From: Octopus sinensis | Lineage: Eukaryota | Assembly: GCF_006345805.1 (NCBI RefSeq) | Contig: NC_043002.1 | Coordinates: 108,872,001-108,936,000, forward strand | Length of the DNA: 64,000 nucleotides | Direction of reading: 5' to 3' | Shown here: positions 1 through 11,900 of the stretch, piece by piece | Numbering within the stretch: position 1 is the first letter of the stretch | How the letters are laid out: every line of letters begins with the position of its first letter | Notes under the pieces: generated by a model | The model's input: only the letters and a program-made list of their open reading frames with translations | What the model was told of the DNA's origin: nothing | Database searches by the model: none | Program-made: the position numbers and the translations under genes

Positions 1-480
1 TAATTATACATACTATAGATACACACACACACGATGAGAATTAATGCCTTCCCTTAAATTTCAACCGGTACAGTTTGATTTCTATTGTGTACCTTATTAA
101 ATGTACAACATTCGAAAGATCATTTGACTCATGTTTAAAGATGTTATATGTGAAGCGAAATAACTCTACGAATTCGAAACATGGGTGCAGATTCGGTTTC
201 AGAAAATTACTGTTACTCTACGATAGACACCGAAAAGCTAATTTTTTGTGAGTAGAAGTAGTTTAAAAGCCGAATAAATTGGTTTGTGTGAAAGAGAAAC
301 GGAAAATCTAATGTTTTAGAATAGTACTTCTCCAACGTTGGGCCCTGCTTGTAATACTGTTTTCCTCTTCTTCGAGGCAAACCGATTTATACTTTAAAAG
401 CTGGAATAGTCTGCTATTGACGTATATTATCACTAGTTTGTTAGGATACCAATGTTTATTTTTAAGAGTTGTCCTATATT

Positions 481-900
481 TATTTCTTTACTACCCACAA
501 GGGGCTAAACATAGAGGGGACAAACAAGGACAGAGAAAGGGATTAAGTCGATTACATCGACCCCAGTGCGAAACTGGTACTTTATTTATCGACCCCGAAA
601 GGATGAAAGGCAAAGTTGACCTCGGCGGAATTTGAACTCACAACGTAACGGCAGACGAAATACGTATTTCTTTATTACCCACAAGGGCCTAAACATAGAG
701 GGGACAAACATGGACAGACATAGGTATTAAGTCGATTACATCGACCCCAGTGCGTAACTGGTACTTAATTTATCGACCCCGAAAGGATGAAAGGCAAAGT
801 CGACCTCGGCGGAATTTGAACTCACAACGTAACGGCAGACGAAATACGGCTACGCATTTCGCCCGGCGTGCTAACGATTCTGCCAGCTCCACGCCGCCTT
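481..900 (-). mobile_element. Tandem pair of tRNA-derived SINEs with a Nin/Deu-like domain (family A): 5'-truncated copy 481-663 and full copy 664-900
   Basis: On the minus strand, GAGTTCAAATTCC B-box followed by GCCTTTCATCCTTTCGGGGTCGATAAA..AAGTACCAG, which resembles the Nin/Deu SINE domain. The same sequence recurs many times in the window. Confidence 0.85.
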
Positions 901-1062
901 AGAGTTGTCATATATTAACAAAATAAAATTTGCTTCAATGTTACAAATCTACTGCCACTCGATTCTTAATTAAATCACCACCGACCGCAGAAAGAAGCGC
1001 TTCTCTCTGCTGAGGCAATCAAGAACTAAGTGGGAGGCTGAAGGTGCGTGTCAGGCAATAAT

Positions 1063-1088
1063 TGCGCCTGCGCTCTATCTACTTCCGG
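1063..1088. promoter_or_regulatory. Candidate MDH2 promoter: NRF-1-like TGCGCCTGCGCT (1063-1074) and ETS/GABP-like ACTTCCGG (1081-1088)
   Basis: Both motifs are directly visible about 200 bp upstream of the ATG in a CpG-rich stretch (about 960-1560). Function is inferred from known NRF-1 and GABP consensus sites. Confidence 0.55.
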
Positions 1089-1288
1089 CGGTAAGCGTCT
1101 TCTCAACCAGCGACTTTGGTGCGTGACCTTACTTCACACTTGATACACACAACCCCGTCTCCGGCAACTATTTCGCTTCCTTAGCGATTTCTACTGACAT
1201 AACGAAGCTTGATTTCTATTGTCATAGCGCAATAGACGCCTTAAGTTGCTCCAGACATTTCAAGAGAAGAAGCTAACATTGTACCGTT

Positions 1289-1369
1289 ATGTCGACTCTG
1301 TTCCACAGTCGGTTTCTGGTGACCACAGTCACGGCATGTTGCCGGAGAACCTTGTCTACAACCACCACC
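1289..1369 (+). CDS. MDH2: MDH2 exon 1: mitochondrial targeting peptide [27 protein letters not shown]
   Basis: ATG at 1289, 27 codons rich in S/T/R with no acidic residues and an RRTLST cleavage-like motif, followed by GTAAGT. Phase 0 joins KNAKVCVLG of exon 2, the same position as the first intron of vertebrate MDH2. Confidence 0.9.
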
Positions 1370-4300
1370 GTAAGTCCTTTCACTCGTATATTTATCGATG
1401 TTGAGCTAGCTGTATCATTAACGATGTCATCTGAACTTATTTAAAGTATTCGTTTTATTTCCTAACACCGCTGCCCTTTGTTTTAATAAGTCCTACTTCT
1501 CGCCGGATCCAGAAAAAGTTTAATCAAAAATGTGTGTAGGACGTCTCGTTCGGCCTTTATAAATATAAATCCAATTAAACTATTGTACGATGAAGGAAAC
1601 CCTAACCTCATTGTTAACTTAAATACATACATATAGTATTAAATTAAGCAATAATACATTTTATTTCACTAATTACTGTCTATAAATTAATAAACCAACC
1701 CATTTCACCACCAGTGCTTCTTCCTTGGAGCTGCTACACTTTTAGTGTTTTACTTATGAAGTATTCCAATATGCATCTGTTTGAGAGAGGAAAACGTTTA
1801 TTGTGGGTTCTACGTTGGATTGCAGAACTGTTATATCTATCTATCTATGTTAATCTGTCATTTTCTAATATTAGTTTGTTGTTTTTCAATTCCAGTAAAA
1901 CCTGTCATTAAATTTTTATGTTGCGGCTGCTTCTTCTCACACTTCTCATCTCTCATTTTTATTTTCTTTCTCTCTCTCTCATCATTAAACACGTTTTTCA
2001 TTTAACGATCTGTGACATTCAGCTTCTTTTCGAGCCGACATTCAACCCCGGCAAAAAAGATCTTACCTAGAAAATAATGAAAGAAACACCTAACACCTTA
2101 ACCTTTGAATAGGCATGTGCATTAGATCATTAGATATTTCCCTACAGTAGCTCTTTATGATATATTTCTCGGACTGAATCTAATACTGCCTTTGTTAAGT
2201 ATTTTCTTTGAAGGTCATTGCTCACCGTCTGGGCTCTCCACTTCCCCCATCGCTTTCACTTTGTAGCCACTATATCTCTTCTAAGTGTTTTATATTTGTA
2301 TATCTTATAGTACTGTACCAGTTACTGATGAGTGTTACTATAATTACGAAATGCCACTCACCTGCAGGTGGCTTTGTATCTTATTAGGTATTTGACATTG
2401 GCAACCATCAGTTTTTCCCCTCATAAACTTCAGTCCACCTACTCACTTAACTCACAACTAACACCCTGTTATATTATGATGGTGATGCCTTAAATTGTTT
2501 AATTAACCTTGCTAATCCTTTCATCCTGGGAATATGTCTGTACATGTTTTGTCACTGTTTGCTGTCCCTCATCTTAACAACGACCTTGTCACGTAATCTT
2601 TTTTTATTGTTATTTTATGGGTAATCACATTTTTTTTCCTTTGTTGATTTTAAACTTTTCGAAAATTTAGAGATTTAACGATAAAGATAGTCGAATCATA
2701 TTTTATTTTCTGCATTGTTAAGTTTTCTTCTCTCTTGATGATACAATTCATATACATGTGTGTGTGTGTGTGTATTATGTGAATATGCATTAAGGCAGTC
2801 AGTCAAAGGGCACACTCTCTTGGCAATAATGACGTCCCGCGTTCAATCTCACTGTGCAGCATGTTGGGCAAGCGCCTTTTATCATTATCTCGGGTCGATC
2901 TATGCTTTGTAAGTGAAATCGAATAGACGGAAACTGTATGGAAGCCCATCAGGTGATCGATTCAAAGGACCGATCTTCTGACAGTGTCACTGATTCTGCC
3001 TAAAGATTATTTTAAGGATACGAGTGTCTTTGGAATAAAACAGAGAGCCATTGTGTGTCTGAAGTTTGAGAGATGAAATCCTCATGCAAGTTCATTATTC
3101 CAGAGGAGAGTGAAGGTGGATTCTCGTCTGTGTGAATTCTTAAGCGTATACTCAAATCTCAATTATCTGGTAGAATCAGCATGACATAATGTAACAAGGT
3201 CTGACTTTTAAGTTGCTGGTACAGTCCAGAGAGAAAGATAGGAAGGTCCGAGAATCGACCATGGAAATATGACCTTAGCTAGATTTACAAACGGGACAAA
3301 CATTGATATTCTATCCGACGCTCTTACGATTCTGCCAGTTGGCCGCCTTTCTAGTGTAACCGCTATATATAGTGAGTCCTTGACCTTATATATACATATA
3401 TATAGCCTATTTTTTAGCCGTATCTGACATCATAATCCTTTAATATGTCTGTAAGAATTCAACCTGAAAAGAAAAAGATAAAAAAATGTTTTATGCTTCA
3501 AATTTGTTAATGTATGTTATAATTTGGGTTGTAGATGTAAAATCCTTCGTCGTTTAGCATTGCTACGTGACCCTTCAATGTCCTTTAATGGCATTCTCTC
3601 TTTACGAAACGTTCGGGCTAAATTTCTAGACTGTGTATAACTGAAAAGAGTCTCCTCATATTGCTGATCCTTTTCCTCTGATTTTCTTTTAAAAATTCTT
3701 CAAAACTTGATTAATACACTGAATCCGATTAAAGAATAATTACATTCTCAAATAATTTTAGACAATTATATTTTCTCCCCTTTTTTTTATTTGTATGGGA
3801 AAATATGTATTTGCAGAATGATTTTTATATCGTATTTTAAAAAGAAAAATTAATTAATAAACTGTAGTTAATAAATTTAAACTTTGAAAGACTGTAAAGT
3901 TTTGATCTGAAATGTATTACGTGAAGTATTTTTCCTTAACTCAGTTTTTGGTATTTGTGTACGCAAAATTAAAGACCCACCATAGTGTTTGTCTATTTAT
4001 TTATTCATTTATTTGTGTGTGTGAAATTTTTATTGGCTGAGAAATAGAAAAATTAGACTTTAGAATTTGAGATTTAATTTTCAGTTGTGCTTATTTTAAA
4101 AGTATTGGGCGTGGCTGTGTGCCTTAGAAGTTTGCTTCCCAACACATGATTTCAGGTTTAGTACCACTGCATGGCACCTTGAGCAAAGGCTTTCTACTGT
4201 AGCCCTGGATCTACCAATCCCTTGTGAGTGGATTTGGTAGATGGAAACTGAAAGAAGCCCATTGTGTGTGTGTGTATCTTTCTTGATATTGCATGTTAGT

Positions 4301-4824
4301 TGTAAATGAGTGTCACCACCATACAAGTGATGTCACTTGTTTCTGATCTTCAATGCAAACATGTTTGGCTCTGGGGAAATATTGCCATACTTAAAAACTG
4401 GTGAGAGTTGGTGACAGGAAGCACATCTCGTTGTAGAAAATCTGCCTCAGTAAAAACCTTCTGACTTATGTGAGCTTGAAACAGTGGATGTTTAAAATGA
4501 TGATGATGATTGTTATTTCATGACATTGCTATATAAATGTCATTAAACTGCCAATCCATTTGAGCTGATCTGGAAGAATTGGTGAAATTATTTCTCATGA
4601 ATTTCATTTTGAGTATTAGAATGAATGTTAATCTTTACTGCACAATGATTCCATCAAGTAATGTGGTTATCATGAATATATCAAAGAAACAATAGGTGTA
4701 TGTGAGTTTTAACATTAGGAGGAGGAGGACTATTTCATTTTATAGGTGTAGGATATTGACCACAAGTTTTAACTCCCAAAGGACCAGCTCAATAGTTCTG
4801 GGCTACATAGAAAGGATTTTGCCT

Positions 4825-4876
<52 letters not shown>

Positions 4877-5005
4877 CTTGACCGACCAGTCCGTCGGGCA
4901 TCCATTTGACACCGCTGGTCACAGCACGCTGTCCACTCCTCTCTGAATCGCGCCTTTCTCATCCACGTGATCCCAATCGTCCTCCTGAAATCGTAACTCC
5001 ACCGT

Positions 5006-5050
<45 letters not shown>

Positions 5051-5452
5051 GATACACTTTTCCATGCTCATATTGGATCAAATGGAATTTTGTTGAGGCT
5101 GATTTTCTACAGCTGGATGCCCTTTCTGTCACCAACCTTCACCTGTTTCCTAGTAAGGTAATATTTCTTCTTGGCCAGACATGTTTTCCAATGAAGATTG
5201 GGAATGAAGGCTATTACCTGCATGACAGACATTCATTTCCAACTATCTTGCAATGTCAAGCCAAGGAGACAATAACCCACACATACATATGATTGGCTTC
5301 TTTCAGTTTCCATCTACCAAAGCTATTCACAAGGCTTTGGGTAGCCCAGGGCTATAGCAGGAGACACTTGCCCAGGATGCCACACAATCAGATTGAACCC
5401 AAAGCATGCGGTTGGGAAACAAACGTTTTTGCCATGCTTGCATGTCTGTGTT

Positions 5453-5483
<31 letters not shown>

Positions 5484-5864
5484 TCCTTTGTTTCAGTCAT
5501 GTGATTGTGGCCATGCTGGAGCACCACCTTTTAGTCGAAGAAATCAACCCCTGGACTTATTCTTTGTAAGCCAGGTGCTTATTCTATCAGTCTCTTCTGC
5601 TGAACTGCTAAGTTATGGGGACGTAAATGCACCATCAGTTATTAAGCAATGGTGGGCAGTACAAACACTCACATAAATATATATACATGCATAACCCATG
5701 CTAGCATGGAAAGCGGACATTAAATGATGATGATGATGATATATATATATATATATATTGTGTGTGAAAGGCTTCTTTCAGTTTCCATCTACCAAATCCA
5801 CTCACAAGGACTGAACCCAGAACCATGAGGTTGGGAAGCAAGCTTCATACCACACAGCCACGCC

Positions 5865-5917
<53 letters not shown>

Positions 5918-8900
5918 CATACATACACATATATATATATATATATAATTTTGTTGAACACTAGGTATGTGATTACTAAGTATTAATCATTTGAATTAAG
6001 TACTCATGCACTACTTAGTCTGTTTCTGGTGCAAACATTGTCCATCTACTCTTTTGAGTTTGGTTAGAAGGCTTATGTCCAGTGCTGCCATAACTGATCG
6101 TGCCAGGAGGAACTTTCTTCTCATAGAATGACTCTTGGAATTTGCAAAAACAAACTGACATTCCATTCAAGGTTATACAGAACATTTATGAGCGAGAATG
6201 ATTCTCAAGGACAAAACAGTGTTTTCAGCAGGAAGATGTTGAGTTTCCCCAGCAACAATGCAACCAATTCTTATAGAAATCTTTCTAAAACCTAATTTAG
6301 AATCAATGAACAATTATGTTATCTGTCATTGAGGTTCATTAAATCTAAGTGAATACATTGATTTCATATACTTGGCTTTAGATATCTAAGATATACAGAA
6401 AGAAGAAAGATTATTTTATTGAGATATCTAGAATGTTCAGGAAACTGTCTGATTGAGTCTTAAGTATATTATTTAAAATGTATACCAACTACTCTGACTT
6501 ATACTTTATGTATGTAGTATGACTTAGATAAGTCTCTTTTGATTATAGTTTTTTTTTTTTTCTCTCCATTTCTACAATATGTAATTTGAATTTGGGTACC
6601 CCACAAACAAAATTAAAATTGCAATAATATAAGAGGTCACATTCTCTGTGTGTTTGTGTGTAAATTCTTGTTTCTGAAACAAGTAAGTTATCATATCACT
6701 TCTTCAATGCTGTGATACCAGCAATATGAGAGAAACTCGAACCTGTATCTGTGTTGACTTTGAAGAACTTTTGGTTGGATGTTAATGGTTTTTGAAGTAT
6801 TCCTGTTTGAATGAGGTTTAAAGAAAATCTTTGTCTATGAAGTAGAACAAAATGGTTCCCATTAAAGAAATCTCCTGTGCGAATGCTCAAAGCACTTAAG
6901 GATGAAGAATTGTTAGAGTTAAGCAAGTGAATTCATTAGTTTAGCTGACACCTCTCTGTCACAATATCTTCCGCTGCCGTATCCTCTCAGCCCATCACAC
7001 TGCCACACATTTTGGTATTGTTTGTCGTAGGCATTAACCAATTCCAGTAATTTTACAGCAGAAGAATGTAGGATAAAGTCAACTCTAGTTGGCAGTTATT
7101 GAACTCAGTAATAAAAAGATGTCACTAAATACCTATTTCTTTATTACCCACAAGGGGCTAAACATAGAGGGGACAGACATAGGTATTAAGTCGATTACAT
7201 CGACCCCAGTGCGTAACTGGTACTTAATTTATCGACCCCGAAAGGATGAAAGGCAAAGTCGACCTCGGCGGAATTTGAACTCAGAACGTAGCGCCAGACA
7301 AAATACCGCTAAGCATTTCGCTGCCTTACATTTCACTAAATACCACAAGGCATTAACTCTCATACTGTATCAGTTCTGTCATTTTGTTGCTCTCAAATAA
7401 GAAATAAGGATTTCTTACTTTATCGGAAAATCAGAAATTTGTAAGGGATATGTATAAACTCAGTTAAAATTAATTTTAATCTCAGGATACAAATGGAGTG
7501 AAAGACATTATATTGAAACCTCCCCTTCCATGTTTTTTAAACAACATTATTTAGTGTTTGCTTTCTCTGTTGGTTTGGCAGTTGCAGGTAAGCCAGATGA
7601 CTCTGCCAAACGCTACTGTCTACTTTGGTTTCTACAGCTGGATGTCCTTCCTTACACCAACCACTTTACAGCATGTACTGGGTGCTTTTTACATGACACT
7701 AGCACCAACAGGGTCACCAAATAACTAGCAAGACAACACTCCTCAACTGAGTGGGTGAGTAGTATTGAGGGAGGTGATGAGATGTTAGAGTATGAATAGA
7801 GGGACAGAAGCAGGTGTCCTGGAGTGGAGGAGATACATGGTTACCCCAGTTGGGAAAGAGAGAGAGATGGTGAAAATATGACAGGGCTTACCATTGAGTG
7901 ATAGGGAGGTGTATACAAGTGGTACAGAAGAATGGATAGGGTGAGTGGGTGGGTAAGTTTTGTAAGAGTAGAAGATAGGGGGGAGGGGGATGTGGGTGAT
8001 CACAGATGGAGGAAGGAGTAATGTTAGGAAGATGAGTTGTCAGGGGCAGATTGTGTGTAGGGGCATGGACATAAACTATCTAACTTTAGGGTCTCACTTT
8101 TACTTTGGTGGACAGTTCTCCTCAAGTACAACAAACCACCTCACTCCTTTACCATCTCCTCTGTGAGGCTCAACATCTGGAAATTATTATACACCACTTT
8201 GTCCCACATCTTCCTGGGTTTTCCTCTTCCATAAGTTCCCTCCAGATTTAGAGATCAGCTGTTCTTTATGCAGCTGTCCTTGTACATCACATGACCATAC
8301 CACCAAAATCTTCTCTTTTGCACACCACATTTGATGCCTCTTATGCCAAGTTTTTCTCTGAACACATTTACACTTTGTCATTGCACATCCAGCAGAGCAT
8401 GCTAACTTCATTTCTTTCAATCTTTTTGCAATCACAGCTCACATTTTGCCACCATGTAACATTGCTGTTTGTACACAAACTTCATCTTGTCTACCTTTAT
8501 CAATTGTTATTATTAAAGGGCAACAAGCTGGCAGAATCGTTAGCATGCCAGACAAAATGCAGAGCAGCATTTTGTCTTTGCATTCTGAGTTCAAATTCCG
8601 CTGACGTCAACTTTACTTTTCCTCGTTTTGTGGTCGATAAAATAAGTACCAGTTGTGCACTGGGGTCATTGTAATTGACTAACCCCTCCCCTAAATATCA
8701 GGCTTTGTGCGCGTTGTGTTGTTTTTAGCAACACTAATAGGATCAATTTGCTTTAGGTGAGATGGGTCTGAAAGGAGTCTCAGGGAGTAGCGTCCCTGCC
8801 TTCCTGAGTTAGTTTTCCACATTTCTTAAAAATCATGGTAGAAGCTTTGGTCTTGGGAACACTCGTGTCTAGAAACTGAGGTTGGAGGTAAGCAAGGGCA

Positions 8901-11900
8901 TACTCTCCATAGAAAATCCAGCTCCAAAAAAAGCCTTGTGATAGCAAAGGAGAATGGGCACCAGCTAGCCCAAAGGTTAAGGTGGGCTGCACCTGCCTAC
9001 CTCGGTTGCTATGGCATTGAGGTAGATCCGGCCACCCCCATTAACGGGGGACAAAACCCAAATTTAAAACACTGGATGATGATATCTAGACACAGGGAGT
9101 CAACAATATGGATGGATGGGAAGTTGACTAAATCCATCTCCGTACTTGACAGGTTCTTTATCAACCGTGGAAGCATGATTGGCAAAGCTGACTTTGGTGC
9201 AATTTGAACTCAAAATATAAAGAGCTGTAACTAAATGAAGCAAGACCTTTTGTCTGATGCTCTAACAATTCTGCCAATCGAATGTCCTTTAGGTTTCAGA
9301 TGTAGGCACAATGCATAATATTTGACTGAGAGGGAGCTGGTTGATTGTAAATGAACCCCATTTGTTCACTGGTAATTTCTTTTAATGACCTTGAAAGGAT
9401 GAAGGGTAAAGTCAACCTTGGAGGGTTTGAACTCAGAATGCAAAGAGCTAAAAGAAATACTGCAAGGCATTTTTTCTGATATTCTAACAAGTTCCCTGCT
9501 CTACATCCCTAATATTACTACTAATAATAATAATGGTTTCAAAGCAGCAGTTTTATGGGAAAGGATTTAGACAATTTCATTGACTCCAGTGTATGACTGG
9601 TATTTTATTTTATCAATCTTGGAAAGATGGAAGGCATTGTCAACCTAAGTGGAATTTGGTAGAAGAAATGTTGCTTAGAATATTGTCTGGCTTGCTGAAG
9701 ATTCTGCCAGATTACTACCTTAATAATGATAATAATAATAATTTTGGCACAAAGCCAGCAATCTGAAAGTGAGGAGGATAGTTATATGAAACCCTGTACT
9801 TTAGTGACTCTGAAAGGACGAAATGCCATGAAGCATTTTGTTCAAATTGCTAACAATTCTAGCAGCTCATTGCCATAATACTTTATTAAGTAGTAGAGTA
9901 TTTTTGTTCTTTGCTCAGCTAATTATGTACAACATTAATAACGAAGATAAGCTAACTGAAAATATCCTCTGCATCATACTTCACTGAAAGGTTATTCAAC
10001 TGTGAACTGAAGATTAAATTAGCAAAGCTGTAACATCTGCTTCTATAGAAATGCAGGAAGTGACATGTCTTGATGTAATATTCCAAAAAGGGATTAAAAA
10101 AGCTCCTAATCACTCAGTTATTCAATGTTTAATACTCTAAGCTGTGAATAATCATTGACTTCCCAACCGCATGGTTTCAAGTTCAATCCCATTGTGTGGC
10201 GCCCTGGGCATGTCTTCAACTATAGCCCTAGGTTAGTCAAAGCCTTGTGAGTGAATCTGGTTGATGGAAACTGAAAGAAGCCCATCATATGTACATGTGT
10301 GTGTATTTGTGTCCTTTTGTCTTGACAAAGCGTCGTTGTCATACAAATGGTGTAGTTTGTTTCCAATCTTCTCTGTATCTATTTCCAGCCATCCTTTGGA
10401 AACGAGTGAGAGTTTGTAACATGAAGGGCAACTGGTTGTAGAAAATCTGCCTCAGAAGATTCCATCGGACTTATGCAAGCATGGGGAAGTTGAGCAACTT
10501 CCCCTGTACAGTTACTGTGAAAAAAATCACCCAGGACATTCTGTAAAGGGTTTGGCATTGGGGAGGGCACCTAGCCATAGAAACCATGGCCAAGGTAGAC
10601 ATTGATGCATGGTGCAGTCCTCACACCCATTGGATTCTGTCAGACCATCCAATTCATAGCATTAATATGATGTTGATGTGGGGGAGTGTTAAGGAGGTAG
10701 TCAGCAAGGTGTGGGACCATGGTAAGAATGAAGGACAGAGGACTGAAGGAAGTGGTTGGGAGGAGGAGTAATGACTGGCAGAACAGAAAGAATAAGAAAG
10801 GGTATAATGATATATTTAAACGCACCCCCTTCACTGCCACCTAGGTCACCTACTACCTCTAAGAATTTTTCAGGATATTTAAGAGAATCTGTTTTCTTGT
10901 GTTCCTGTGCATCTGCCACATTCAAAGACTACTTTCTCTGGTAACCTACCTGTGATTACACTGCACCTCTCATCCATCCATAGTTTGCACTGGGTACATT
11001 GTATAAAATTTCTACGTATCTAGTAAGGTGAATGCATTTATGGAAGCAGTGTCTTGTCTGTTCTTACTTATAGTTTCGTCTTTGCTAAGTTAACTTTGAA
11101 GCTATTTGATTCCAAATTTTGCTTGTGTGTGTAGAATTCATTCACTAATCCTAATACAGATTCAACTACAAGAACAAGGTCATCAGCATATGGGGGTTCC
11201 CTGAGGCATCTCTTTTGAATTCCTCTGTTATGGCCTAGAAGACCTTGATAAATAGGACCCTCATGGACACCATTTCATTATACAAGTTAACTCCTTTTTC
11301 TTTGCACCCAAATCAGTTTCCTTCAAATTGCTATTCAAATTCTTATCTTGGGGACATTGACCTCTAGTCAAGCTGTACATTTGTCATTGGAGAAGTACTT
11401 CAAGTGTTCACAACCAGTTGTCTGTTCTATTTCCTGCTGAGTATAAAGTCTGTTCTAGCCTTATGTTCACCTGGTGGCTGTCTGTTTTCCTGGAATTAGT
11501 ATTGCAAATTGTCAGGTCATTGTCATCATGATATCTCACTCTCTTCATACCTTGTACCAAAGCCTACAGCTCTTGTGGTTTTTCTCAAACTGCCCATTAA
11601 AGTATCTGCTTGTGGTAATGAAATCACTGCCATAAAATATCAAAGTAGTCTCTAAGAGAACTTCATAGAAACCTGCCCTTGGCTCATTTGTCACCCCTAA
11701 TTTTGGTGTTTGTACTTAAGTCATTGTTGCTGTTGTGGCTGCCTGTGACTCCTCTAAGCCAAGTCATCATGTCATATATTCTGGCTGCCTCAATTACTTT
11801 ATATATGTTTCGTTGCTAACAATTCTCAACTCCATTCACTTCAGCACTCTGACTTCCCCACAAAATATCTCTGTTCTAATGTAATTTGAACGCTAGTGTA

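Noticed and set aside
2325-2360. CTGATGAG...CGAAA hammerhead-like core in MDH2 intron 1
   Set aside because: Stem II pairs poorly and I could not form stem I or a valid helix III/NUH site; at best a decayed Penelope-like remnant.
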